Shown: positions 1-9,146, numbered from the stretch's first letter. The stretch is 52,984 nt of DNA from Candidatus Yonathbacteria bacterium (GCA_013334825.1 JAAXWR010000002.1:100025-153008), one strand, 5' to 3'. Program-made: numbers and translations. The notes: generated by a model not told the origin, from the letters alone.

Positions 1-1
1 G

Positions 2-1156
2 GTTGCCGTCGTCATGGTATCGTACGTGCCGATGCCACCCAAAGTGGGTGAGATGAAGACCAAACCAACACAACACGCCAGTCGTTTACTCAATTCCGCG
101 GGACTTCAGGCGGATGTTATCATCGCACGTTCCGAACTTCCTCTTGATAAAAAGCGTAAAGATAAGATTGCGACATTTTGTAATATTGCATCTGAACGAG
201 TGATTTCCGCGCCAGATGCAGACAGTATCTATGATATCCCAGTGAACTTTGAGAAAGATAATTTGGGAGACACTATGCTCAAATTGTTATCATTGCCGCC
301 ACGTGAACGCGATATGGCACATTGGCGCCGCTTCGCGGCGCATACCAAGTCCGTGACCGAGCCAGCCAAGATTGCTGTCGTAGGGAAATATTTTGATACG
401 GGTGATTTTGTACTCTCTGATGCATATATTTCTGTTATCGAAGCAATCAAACACGCGGCATATCATCTGGATAAGAAGCCTGAACTCACATGGTTTTCCG
501 CGGAGCGTTTTGAAGATGGGAAAGAGCTTGCAAAGCTTGGTGTGTATGACGGCATTATTGTTCCCGGTGGCTTTGGAGAGCGGGGTATTGAAGGGAAGTT
601 GAATGTCATCCGTTATGCACGAGAAAAAAAGATTCCCTATTTCGGACTTTGTTATGGGATGCAACTCTTGACCATTGAATATGCGCGTCATGTCGCAGGG
701 CTCAAAGGTGCCAACACTGCCGAGATAGATGCCAAAGCTCCGCATGTCGTGATTGATATTATGGAAGATCAGCGCAAAAAACTTGAGCATGGAGATTATG
801 GTGGCAGTATGCGTCTCGGTGCGTATCCGGCAGTCCTTAAAAAAGGAACCATTGCTCGTGATGCGTACAAGAAGGAGGATATCCGTGAACGACATAGACA
901 TCGCTATGAAGTAAATCCTGAATACATCACGCGACTTACTGACGCAGGGTTAGTCTTTTCAGGAACATCTCCCGATGGTCGTCTTATGGAGATTGCGGAG
1001 CTTTCGCGAGAGAAACATCCATTTTTCTTGGGGACACAATTTCATCCAGAATTTCTTTCGCGACCGCTTCATCCGCATCCGCTCTTTGTCGCATTTGTGA
1101 AAGCGAGTACTGAAAGAAAAAAGAAACAGAAAAAAGACAAAGGGAAAAAACGATAA
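2..1156 (+). CDS. pyrG: CTP synthase (5'-truncated by window edge)
   Basis: KTKPTQH, GIIVPGGFGERG, GLCYGMQ, ERHRHRYE and TQFHPEF motifs of the CTP synthase/GATase domains; frame open from the window start. Confidence 0.98.
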   Translation, partial: VAVVMVSYVPMPPKVGEMKTKPTQHASRLLNSAGLQADVIIARSELPLDKKRKDKIATFCNIASERVISAPDADSIYDIPVNFEKDNLGDTMLKLLSLPPRERDMAHWRRFAAHTKSVTEPAKIAVVGKYFDTGDFVLSDAYISVIEAIKHAAYHLDKKPELTWFSAERFEDGKELAKLGVYDGIIVPGGFGERGIEGKLNVIRYAREKKIPYFGLCYGMQLLTIEYARHVAGLKGANTAEIDAKAPHVVIDIMEDQRKKLEHGDYGGSMRLGAYPAVLKKGTIARDAYKKEDIRERHRHRYEVNPEYITRLTDAGLVFSGTSPDGRLMEIAELSREKHPFFLGTQFHPEFLSRPLHPHPLFVAFVKASTERKKKQKKDKGKKR

Positions 1157-1178
1157 ACGATAAAGATACAAAACGATA

Positions 1179-1212
1179 TACAGGCGCGGGGCATGCTTGC
1201 CCCGCGCCTGTA
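1179..1212. terminator. 15-bp GC-rich hairpin after pyrG
   Basis: tacaggcgcggggca-tgct-tgccccgcgcctgta; no clear U-tract. Confidence 0.55.
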
Positions 1213-1283
1213 CTGCTTGTGGTATATCTCCGTCCGTGGTATACCTAAGCAAGTCTTTTTCTTTTTAAATAAAAATCACCCTT

Positions 1284-1961
1284 ATGTTAAAGAAAAAAGA
1301 ACAAGTGCTGTACATTGCACATTCCGCGACAGATTGGCGTAGCCGAATGTTGAGTAATGACGTAGGTGCTTTTGTCATGATTGACGGAGAAGAAAGACGC
1401 CTGTTCCCCAGTGTGACGCAGTTTATTGAGATGATAAAATATCCTGAACATTCAGGATGGAGTCATCTTGATGAGTCACGTCTTTCCTTTGATGCAGAAA
1501 AAGAAACGGTTACCCTTGGAGAGTCAGACGTTTCCGATTCTGTCGGATATATGTGTGGTCGCCCGTATAATCCTGTGGTCTTTCATGCAAATAAGGGACT
1601 TGACTATCGGGAAATACTGAAACAATGTAGCCCCGATATAGCAAGGAAAATTGGATCGAAACTTCGTCCAGGGAGAGTCGTCGTGTATCTGTTTGGTAAG
1701 ACTTATCGGTACGGTTCCGCAGAACATGTTGCGCTTATTGAACAGGCGATTCGGGCAAAGTTTGCGCAAAACGAAACGGCTTTCAAGGCACTTCTTGCCA
1801 CGGAAGGATTGGAGCTTCGCTACGTCCCTCGTCGGGGCAAAGATTCAACACTTTTTTCTGCCGAAATGTTTTGCAAACTTCTCACAGAGATACGTGAAGC
1901 ATGTCTTGCGAAAAGAGATGCATATCGGCAGACATGTACAAACGGATGTGCACAGGTATAA
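1284..1961 (+). CDS. Divergent NADAR (YbiA-like) domain protein
   Basis: FPSVTQF, ARKIGSKL and IEQAIRAKFAQNETAFKALLAT resemble NADAR; hairpin plus T-tract terminator at ~1973-2001. Confidence 0.65.
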   Translation: MLKKKEQVLYIAHSATDWRSRMLSNDVGAFVMIDGEERRLFPSVTQFIEMIKYPEHSGWSHLDESRLSFDAEKETVTLGESDVSDSVGYMCGRPYNPVVFHANKGLDYREILKQCSPDIARKIGSKLRPGRVVVYLFGKTYRYGSAEHVALIEQAIRAKFAQNETAFKALLATEGLELRYVPRRGKDSTLFSAEMFCKLLTEIREACLAKRDAYRQTCTNGCAQV

Positions 1962-2043
1962 GGAAAACAAAAGCCACAGGGTCATACCTGTGGCGTTTTT
2001 TATATGTGTTATGAAGTGATAGGTGATGTTATACTATATGCAT

Positions 2044-2117
2044 TGCGGGGTCGTCTAACGTGGTAAGACACGGGCGCTTTGAACGCTTGTATCTGGGTTC
2101 GAGCCCTAGCCCCGCAT
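2044..2117 (+). tRNA. tRNA-Gln(TTG), copy 1
   Basis: Acceptor TGCGGGG/CCCCGCA, D-stem GTCT/AGAC, anticodon loop CT-TTG-AA, T-arm CTGGG-TTCGAGC-CCTAG; no encoded CCA. Confidence 0.92.
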
Positions 2118-2222
2118 CAAAAAGCTCGCTTTTTGATGCGGGGAGCGGGGCGACTGCTCGTCCCGCGTCTAGGGTTCGAAAGCCACAGCGATGTCTGAGC
2201 GATTTATCGCGAAGACCGCGAG
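2110..2222 (+). other. Structured trailer complementary to the tRNA-Gln 3' end
   Basis: 2128-2143 pairs with 2110-2125; 9-bp hairpin with CTGC loop at 2145-2166; 2169-2180 is complementary to the T-arm. Confidence 0.8.
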
Positions 2223-2387
2223 GAGAATTATTTACGATATGCCGGAATGATTTTAACAGTAATAAAGAAGAAGTATCTTAAATGTGTGCATTTGTCTCAT
2301 AGATTGAAGATATTACACAATACGTTTTTGTATGCAATATAACAAATCTGTTGCGTCTTTTTGGTGATACGGTATTATACTGTATAT

Positions 2388-3104
2388 ATGTCTTTATCTC
2401 ACGAGACGCTGACGGCTCCGGCCGAGGCAGGGTCAGTTGACTCATTAGAAAAACGTTTTAATGAACTAAAGGTCGAAAGAGAAAAAGTAGAACAAAGTAT
2501 TCGAGAGTCTTTCGATATTAAACGCTTGAAGGTGTATGTATCGATAGTTAATAGAGTGCATGCTCAGGAAGGGATAGATGATACCGAGAATATATTACGT
2601 AAGCGTCTTGAAGAGCTCGGAGAAGATTATGATGAATTAAAAAAAATGTATGAAGGATATCTGGCATATAAAGCGCAAAATCTTGATGTTATCGTTACAG
2701 AAATGCAACAAGTACAAGCATCAGCCATTAAAAAGTTTCAAGAAGACATAAAAAGAGACATTGCAGAAGCAGGACTTTTTGCGGAAGCGCTGAAGAGGGA
2801 AAAGGATGTATATCTATTTTCGCTCCTCACTGAGATTGTGCAATATGAAGAAGGTTTCATAGCTTCGGGGAAAAAAGAAGATTCTCTCGATTCAATTCTT
2901 GAGGATCAACCTGCAGATATACAAAAAAAATATTTTGGCTTGAAATGGGCATATAGTGAATTGGAAGCAATGGAGGGGCCCTTTATACAAGGGTCGTATG
3001 ACAGGGAAAGGTTTGTATATGAAATTCTTAAAGATTTGGGCATTACGATTGATACTGGACATTCGTTGATTTTTAATCGTAGAATGGAATCTCTAGAAAG
3101 ATAA
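2388..3104 (+). CDS. Hypothetical acidic coiled-coil protein
   Basis: Long ORF, TATACT 7 nt before the ATG, terminator hairpin at 3114-3153. Confidence 0.75.
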   Translation: MSLSHETLTAPAEAGSVDSLEKRFNELKVEREKVEQSIRESFDIKRLKVYVSIVNRVHAQEGIDDTENILRKRLEELGEDYDELKKMYEGYLAYKAQNLDVIVTEMQQVQASAIKKFQEDIKRDIAEAGLFAEALKREKDVYLFSLLTEIVQYEEGFIASGKKEDSLDSILEDQPADIQKKYFGLKWAYSELEAMEGPFIQGSYDRERFVYEILKDLGITIDTGHSLIFNRRMESLER

Positions 3105-3194
3105 TAAATATGACTAAACACACGGCGACCTATTTAGGCTGCCGTGTGTTTAGTTGGAAACTATTCTAAAAGATATGTTATCATGCACCTATAT

Positions 3195-3268
3195 TGCGGG
3201 GTCGTCTAACGTGGTAAGACACGGGCGCTTTGAACGCTTGTATCTGGGTTCGAGCCCTAGCCCCGCAT
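3195..3268 (+). tRNA. tRNA-Gln(TTG), copy 2 (identical to copy 1)
   Basis: Same 74-nt sequence as 2044-2117. Confidence 0.92.
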
Positions 3269-3433
3269 CAGAGCGAAGCGATGATGTGGGGCTAGGGCTC
3301 GAACGCGGAGGGGGTCGGGGAACCTGTTGGTTCCTTGTGGAGGAAGTACATGGAACCGTGGGTTCCATGAGCGCAGCCCAGCCCTTTCCACCGAAAGGGC
3401 TGGGCGAGCAGTGAGTAGCCCTAGCCCCGCATC
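3269..3433 (+). mobile_element. ~165-bp non-coding mini-element in the tRNA-Gln 3' end
   Basis: Antisense tRNA 3' end at 3282-3304, internal hairpins, and a 17-bp direct repeat of the tRNA 3' end at 3417-3433 (= 3253-3269). Confidence 0.7.
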
Positions 3434-3469
3434 CTACAATATTTATTCTCATTTCTCATTATTACTACC

Positions 3470-4213
3470 ATGACAAACCTCACAGGAACCATTGCCCTTG
3501 TTACTGGAGCGTCAAAAGGTATCGGACGCGCGACGGCAATCGCCCTCGCGAAGGAAGGGTGTTCGGTCATTATCAATTATAAATCCGACGCCGAAGCAGC
3601 CGCCGATACTCTCAAAGAGTGCGATGCCTATTCACAAGGTAACATGACGATTGTGGCGGATGTTTCGCGCGAAGAGGATGTTGCTCGGATGTTCAACGAT
3701 ATCGAGAGCAGATACTCCCGCCTGGATGTTCTTGTTAACAATGCAGGGATATTTGACGAGCGTGACAGTCCGACAAATATTGAAACATTTGAGCATATAT
3801 ACAGAAATAATTTTCTCAGTGCTGTTATCGTTACCAAATATACACTGTCTCTTATGAAGGAAGGTAAGATTGTGAACGTGTCCTCCATCCATGGGAGACT
3901 TGGGTACGGTCGGCCCGGGGCGATTGCATACGCGGCATTCAAATCTGCACTTGAGAGCTATACGAAAAATCTTGCAAAGGAACTTGCCCCTCATATATGT
4001 GTGAATGCCATTGCCCCTGGGAGAACACTTACACCGATGTGGGGTACTTTGAGTGAGGATGAGCAAAAAGAATTGGGGAAGGGACAGCTCATCGGTCGTA
4101 TGATAGAACCGGAAGAAATTGCCGACGGTATTCTTTTTCTCATCAAAAATGATGCAATGTGTGGCGAAGTGATGACGATGGATGGCGGTATGGGAATCGC
4201 ATATCTCAAATAG
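3470..4213 (+). CDS. SDR family oxidoreductase (FabG-like)
   Basis: TGASKGIG, NNAG, NVSS, YAAFK (YxxxK), VNAIAPG. Confidence 0.95.
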   Translation: MTNLTGTIALVTGASKGIGRATAIALAKEGCSVIINYKSDAEAAADTLKECDAYSQGNMTIVADVSREEDVARMFNDIESRYSRLDVLVNNAGIFDERDSPTNIETFEHIYRNNFLSAVIVTKYTLSLMKEGKIVNVSSIHGRLGYGRPGAIAYAAFKSALESYTKNLAKELAPHICVNAIAPGRTLTPMWGTLSEDEQKELGKGQLIGRMIEPEEIADGILFLIKNDAMCGEVMTMDGGMGIAYLK

Positions 4214-4217
4214 CGGT

Positions 4218-4679
4218 ATGAAATGGCAACACCCACCGATTATCAAAATATACGAAGCGCTTGGTGCCGTTGCTGACGGACGTATTGATGTATTAGAGAA
4301 TACGGCAAAAGTGTATTCATCCAGCCGGAACAAATGGTATGACGTTGTGTATGATGAGACGACGGGTGCCATTATGACGAACGATAACGGATCGTATTGG
4401 AAAGAGTATCTTGGGTATCCGTCTATCGCATTTTTCTTTGTGAAAGGAATACTTCCATATGATGCGCGCATGGGTGAATTGCTCAAAGGTATTAAGTGGA
4501 AAGATATCAATCAAGAATTCAAGAACGATTTTGACAAGACCCTCGCACATATCGAATCATCGCTCTCGTCGCCTGAGAGTGAAGCACTTGCTATATATGT
4601 TCGTGATATTGATACCCGCATTGCGACCCTCGCTCCGGACATGTTCGGTAAGAAAATACTGCCACCCGAGGGGTACTGA
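4218..4679 (+). CDS. Hypothetical protein
   Basis: ORF starts 4 nt after the SDR stop; globular composition; no family recognised. Confidence 0.75.
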   Translation: MKWQHPPIIKIYEALGAVADGRIDVLENTAKVYSSSRNKWYDVVYDETTGAIMTNDNGSYWKEYLGYPSIAFFFVKGILPYDARMGELLKGIKWKDINQEFKNDFDKTLAHIESSLSSPESEALAIYVRDIDTRIATLAPDMFGKKILPPEGY

Positions 4680-4731
4680 GTTGCTGGAATCTTCCAAAGA
4701 GCGTGCTATAATGCCCTCATATATTGAATAT

Positions 4732-4805
4732 TGCGGGATCGTCTAATGGTAGGACATCGCCCTCTGGAGGCGAGTATCTAGGTTCGAGTCCTAGTCCCGC
4801 AGCCA
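4732..4805 (+). tRNA. tRNA-Gln(CTG)
   Basis: TGCGGGA/TCCCGCA acceptor, TCGCC-CTCTGGA-GGCGA anticodon arm, CTAGG-TTCGAGT-CCTAG T-arm, encoded CCA; TGcTATAAT promoter upstream. Confidence 0.96.
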
Positions 4806-4853
4806 GTCTGGACACTGTTCCTGAGACCAGGACGGGTCATATAAAATTAACCT

Positions 4854-5498
4854 ATGGCAGAAAAAGATATGACAGACAAGATTCAGTCTTGTTTAAATCA
4901 GGGTGAATCTATAACAGAGGATCAAGTCAGGTCCTTAATGATTTTGGTGCGTAAGCATCTTGAGCTCATGTCTGATACAGACATGCTGCAATTTTTAACA
5001 CTCAACCTATTTTGTAATTGGTGCGCTCATATAGAAATTACACAATCAAATACAGGCCTGCGAACTCTCGCAAAGATTAATGATGTTTTGGTGCGCGTAA
5101 AAAATTCAACAAACACTGATCACATGCTCGCGGAAATATCGGGTGCAATTGGTCTCGATGTGCTTCGTGCAGAGCTAATTACTTTCTTATCTCGAATTGG
5201 AGTTACACATCGTTTGGATCAGAGAGCAGAGTGGGCGGCTTTTCTAAAGTGCTTACTTGAAGTTGTTCGTGATGTGCCACTAGCATTTCCTCCGATTGCT
5301 AAACTCAACAAGGGAGCTCAAAAAATCTACGATCAGATTGCTCAAAATCCGATTAAGCCCGGGGCAGGGGTAATTCGCGCTACTATTTCAAAGGTAGATT
5401 ACGGCACTCTTGGAGCAGGAGAAGGAGAATTATGGTGTCTCCTAATACGGACTGAAGATACTACTACTCTCATTGCTCCTCTCCGTATCCTCGTCTAG
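4854..5498 (+). CDS. Hypothetical helical protein (island cargo)
   Basis: 214-aa ORF converging on the recombinase; no family recognised. Confidence 0.7.
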   Translation: MAEKDMTDKIQSCLNQGESITEDQVRSLMILVRKHLELMSDTDMLQFLTLNLFCNWCAHIEITQSNTGLRTLAKINDVLVRVKNSTNTDHMLAEISGAIGLDVLRAELITFLSRIGVTHRLDQRAEWAAFLKCLLEVVRDVPLAFPPIAKLNKGAQKIYDQIAQNPIKPGAGVIRATISKVDYGTLGAGEGELWCLLIRTEDTTTLIAPLRILV

Positions 5499-5503
5499 TG
5501 GAT

Positions 5504-6841
5504 TCATGAAGGGTTTTCGAGCAATACTTTTTTGTTTATCAGAGTAAGCTTACTTTTAAACGACTGCATCAGCTCGCGCTTCTCCGCGACGGTTCCTTTT
5601 TTGAGAATATATTTTGCATAGGATCGTAGGTCTAAGCCGCTCTGGTCGGTTATCTGGTCTTCGGTTAAGCCAAGTACATTATTACGGAAATTACTGAAGC
5701 GCCCCATCTCTTTTTCGAGTTTTTCTTTAATTCCAATCTTATCTATTTGGATCTTGTCTAAGATCGCTAAAAGTTGTTCGACAAGACTGTCCTCACGCAA
5801 ATAGGTGTTTTTACACGACTTGTCATAAAATCGGGTACAGCCATAGTAGATGTAGCTGTTCGTAGATCCGTCTTTTAGATTTTTAAACTTCTCCTGTGCG
5901 GTTATACCAGAATTACATATTCCGCATTTCATCAGGCGAGTAAATGCAAATTCTTTCACCGCTGGCCCATGCGGTTTATGCGAATCAAGTTTTTCCTGGA
6001 CCTTCTTGAATAACTCCTGACTGATGATTGATTCGTGTCGGCCGATATTCCACCTACCACTCTTCCGTGGGTACTCGAGCAGTCCACAGTAAAAAGGATT
6101 TCGGAGAACGGTGTGCACGTTGCTAAGAGTGAAGGGCTTACCACTTTTGGTTCTAAATTTTAGGTCATCCTTCAACCATCTGTATAACGCTCTTCCACTC
6201 CACTTTTCGTACGCCACTTTTTCAAACATGATTTTGATGACGTGAGAGCGTTGAGGATCGAGAATGACGTGGCATTTCTTGGTGCGATCCGGGTGGTTGA
6301 GGTATCCGGTTGGTGCAACACTCGGCCACAGTCCCATTTCAATCCTGGTGCGAAGTCCGCGCTTCACGTTGACACTCTTATTATCGTTATCAAGCTTCGC
6401 CTGACTACAAAGAATCATCAAGAGGAACTTTTCGCTTGGAGAGTTGGTGAAGCGTTGCCCGTACGTTTTTACTTCTATCAGTTTGTGCTGATCCATCAGG
6501 TCAACAATTGAGCCGAGGTCGCCGGCATTTCTTGAGAGGCGATCGGGATGCCAAGCAAGAATACCGCCAAATCGACCCTCTTTAATTTGCCGGATCATCT
6601 CATTGAAGACCGGTCTCTGAGCAGTCTCTTTTGCCGAGTGCGACTCGCGTTTAATCTCTGTCACCTCGATTCCGTCTCGCTGGGCTAACTGCAACATCTC
6701 CTTGATCTGGGAATCGATGGACAGAGCCTGCTTTTCATCCGATTCGCTCGATTTACGGGCGTATAGGCAGTATTTGGGCGCTTCTATAGGAGGCGCCGGG
6801 TCAGAATTCAACTCTAGCGGGTTGCTGATGTGCATACACAC
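5504..6841 (-). CDS. Large serine recombinase (resolvase, recombinase and zinc-ribbon domains)
   Basis: LYARKSS catalytic Ser, DRLSRN, APTGY, LRNPFYCG, HESIIS, CGIC...YYGC...C. Confidence 0.95.
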   Translation of the reverse strand: MCMHISNPLELNSDPAPPIEAPKYCLYARKSSESDEKQALSIDSQIKEMLQLAQRDGIEVTEIKRESHSAKETAQRPVFNEMIRQIKEGRFGGILAWHPDRLSRNAGDLGSIVDLMDQHKLIEVKTYGQRFTNSPSEKFLLMILCSQAKLDNDNKSVNVKRGLRTRIEMGLWPSVAPTGYLNHPDRTKKCHVILDPQRSHVIKIMFEKVAYEKWSGRALYRWLKDDLKFRTKSGKPFTLSNVHTVLRNPFYCGLLEYPRKSGRWNIGRHESIISQELFKKVQEKLDSHKPHGPAVKEFAFTRLMKCGICNSGITAQEKFKNLKDGSTNSYIYYGCTRFYDKSCKNTYLREDSLVEQLLAILDKIQIDKIGIKEKLEKEMGRFSNFRNNVLGLTEDQITDQSGLDLRSYAKYILKKGTVAEKRELMQSFKSKLTLINKKVLLENPS

Positions 6842-7024
6842 AACACATGCCGGACCTGGGGGAAGAAGTCTAGCCGCCCATTAGTGGATAACCAAGCAGA
6901 AAGTTAGAATTGCGGGAAGTTCTTATTAAAGTCACCTTCTAACCCACCGTCCCTTTTCGGGGGAGCAGGTTATTCTCTTATTTTAGGCCATTATATGGTA
7001 TGGCGAGGATGTAATAAGAACAAC

Positions 7025-7053
7025 TTGACAAGGCCTGGTACTTTGTATACACT
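7025..7053 (+). promoter_or_regulatory. sigma70 promoter for the island cargo operon
   Basis: TTGACA-N17-TACACT. Confidence 0.6.
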
Positions 7054-7086
7054 TGTACTAAGCTTATTATTAATTCTGAAAACATC

Positions 7087-7890
7087 ATGGCTGAGGAAAA
7101 CAAAGGAGAATCTGGGGCTGGCAAGGTTAAGAAGGAGCGCAGTACCGCATATCCGGGTATTGCCGTACAAGACGCAATTGGATTCAGTAAGATTCTCGTC
7201 GATTCTTATGGAAAGTCTCCATTTAACAGAGACGCTGCGCTGCAGGCACTTAAGCTAAAACCCGGCGGTTCTTCGTTCACGAAGGTGGCGGCGCTGGTGC
7301 ATTACGGTCTACTTACAAGACAAGGTAACGCATACGGTATTTCGGAGCTTGCTGAGCGAATCATTTACTTCACTTCGGAGGAAGCGCAAAAGGCAGCAAT
7401 TGTCGAAGCTGTGTTAAAGCCGAAGCTGTTCAATTCACTCGTAACGGAATACACAGGCCGAGCGGTCCCAAATCTTCTGCGGAACATTTTGATCCAACAG
7501 CATAAGATAAACCGGAATGTTGCCGATAATGTCGCGGACATCTTCAAGTCCTCCATAGAGCATGCAGGCTTGTATATGAATGAAATCATAACCGCGGTAC
7601 CGGTTACGACTTCCGAAGTGTCTGATACGGGAGAAGAATTAGATGTACAGGATCTTGCCCAACCTCCTCGCGCTACAGGGAAGATGCCGGTTGCTCCACA
7701 GTTAAAAGTCCCCGCTGGGATGCAAAGTGTCTCTCTTCCAAGTGGAATTATTATCAGCTACCCCTCTGAAGTGGCATATCTGTTTGCGCTCGGTAAGTTT
7801 GGAGCCCAAGTAGCTGCTCTTGAGGAAGCTGTCGGTAAGGAGTTGAAAAAAGATAACAATGACCCAGAGCCTATTACTGCCACAGAATAA
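7087..7890 (+). CDS. Hypothetical protein with an N-terminal winged-helix-like region
   Basis: RSTAYP...AALVHYGLLTRQGNAYGISELAERI has a helix-plus-wing pattern; disordered linker; overlaps the next gene. Confidence 0.7.
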   Translation: MAEENKGESGAGKVKKERSTAYPGIAVQDAIGFSKILVDSYGKSPFNRDAALQALKLKPGGSSFTKVAALVHYGLLTRQGNAYGISELAERIIYFTSEEAQKAAIVEAVLKPKLFNSLVTEYTGRAVPNLLRNILIQQHKINRNVADNVADIFKSSIEHAGLYMNEIITAVPVTTSEVSDTGEELDVQDLAQPPRATGKMPVAPQLKVPAGMQSVSLPSGIIISYPSEVAYLFALGKFGAQVAALEEAVGKELKKDNNDPEPITATE

Positions 7891-8800
7891 CTGGAAGAAA
7901 GTACTTCCTCACATCCAAGCGGCTGGCGAACGTCAGTCGGTAAGTAAGGCTACGATTGGTGACGATTTTCAGTTTCTCCAAGACATCGGTGTCTTTCAAG
8001 AAGGCGCAGATGATGTTCTCACAGAAGCTGGGCGAGCTATCTTCGAGTCCATATTCATTCGGCGTGATGGGAAAGATGTAGAGATCCTTCAGCAACTATT
8101 GTTACAGTACCCAATCACTATCGCAATTCAGCAGTATCTTTGGGGGGTGAAAGATGCCAAGATCGATCAGGCGCTTACAGTCCTTAAAGCGACAGGTTTC
8201 TGGTTCTATTCCTCCGCAGAGCCAATGACACACTTTCTCGACCTACTAAATCAGGTTGGGATAATTAGCTATAGCAAAAAGTTGCGACAAGTTAAGGTTC
8301 TGGTTTCTCCTGACGTACCGTATGTTCCAAAAAATGTTTTTATTGACCCTAATCGACCGTTCTCAAACATTCTGTGGATAAAGAGGATCCTTGCGGAATG
8401 TAAGGGTTCAATATTGTGGTTTGATAAGCACTTCCAAAAAGAAGCCCTGGAATGGCTGTGGGCAGTAGCGGACGCAAACAAGATTACAGAGATCAAATTA
8501 CTCTCGCTTGATTTGGGGGAAGCAAATCTTAGCTCAGAAGCAAGGAAATCTTATAAACGATTTAAGCAAGAGATGCTTGCTAAAGGAATCAATGCCACTT
8601 GGTCAGTTATTGATAGTAAGCTAGTAAGAGATAGCCACGATAGGTGGATACTCGATGGGAGTGGTTACATGAGAAATGTTCCCAATGTAAATGCCATATC
8701 CTCAGGACAGCGATCCGAGATGTCTGTATCTGAGAATTATGATCAAATGCTTCCGGTGTTTGAAGAGTATTGGGAAAAGTCAAAAGAAATTACGAGTTAA
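7859..8800 (+). CDS. wHTH repeats plus C-terminal PLD-like (HDRW) domain protein
   Basis: FLQDIGVF..LTEAGRAI and LLNQVGII winged helices; C-terminal ILWFDKHF...SHDRWILD resembles single-copy PLD-like domains. Confidence 0.6.
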   Translation: MTQSLLLPQNNWKKVLPHIQAAGERQSVSKATIGDDFQFLQDIGVFQEGADDVLTEAGRAIFESIFIRRDGKDVEILQQLLLQYPITIAIQQYLWGVKDAKIDQALTVLKATGFWFYSSAEPMTHFLDLLNQVGIISYSKKLRQVKVLVSPDVPYVPKNVFIDPNRPFSNILWIKRILAECKGSILWFDKHFQKEALEWLWAVADANKITEIKLLSLDLGEANLSSEARKSYKRFKQEMLAKGINATWSVIDSKLVRDSHDRWILDGSGYMRNVPNVNAISSGQRSEMSVSENYDQMLPVFEEYWEKSKEITS

Positions 8801-8811
8801 TATTAAACATT

Positions 8812-9057
8812 ATGGCAAAACTGAATAAGTTCACACTGGAGTATAACGAGAAGAAGGATCGTTGGGATCTACGAAATGACAAGACGGATAAACTAATTGA
8901 ATCGTTCGACACTAAGACAGAGGCCACGGCCGGAGGTGTTCTACGGGAAGCGGTTGGTGATAGTGGCGGATCGGTCAAAATCCAAAAAGAGAATGGTCGC
9001 ATTCAGGAGGAGCGTACGTATCCAAAGAGCGCAGACCCTAGAGAATCAAAGGGATAG
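8812..9057 (+). CDS. DUF2188 domain protein
   Basis: W.L...FDTKTEA...SVKIQKENGRIQEERTYP...DPRESKG. Confidence 0.85.
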   Translation: MAKLNKFTLEYNEKKDRWDLRNDKTDKLIESFDTKTEATAGGVLREAVGDSGGSVKIQKENGRIQEERTYPKSADPRESKG

Positions 9058-9146
9058 TCTTGAGCCTTGTTGTATATAAATTAACCTAAGCTAAGCTAGA
9101 AATAGGTAGCAAATTTTGCTACAATTATTTAACAGTTCGGCCTAAA

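Noticed and set aside
1179..1212. Similarity of the pyrG hairpin (gcatgcttg..ccgcgcc) to the cassette motif at ~43221
   Set aside because: Short GC-rich match in a different structural context; probably chance.
3269..3433. tRNA intron or HDV-like theta ribozyme
   Set aside because: The upstream tRNA is already complete, and I could not fit group I core elements or a nested double pseudoknot by eye. Not excluded without a CM search.
2060..4906. Short ORFs overlapping tRNAs (2060, 3154, 3189, 4724; also 34412, 43011, 43324)
   Set aside because: They are translations of tRNA or structured repeat sequence.
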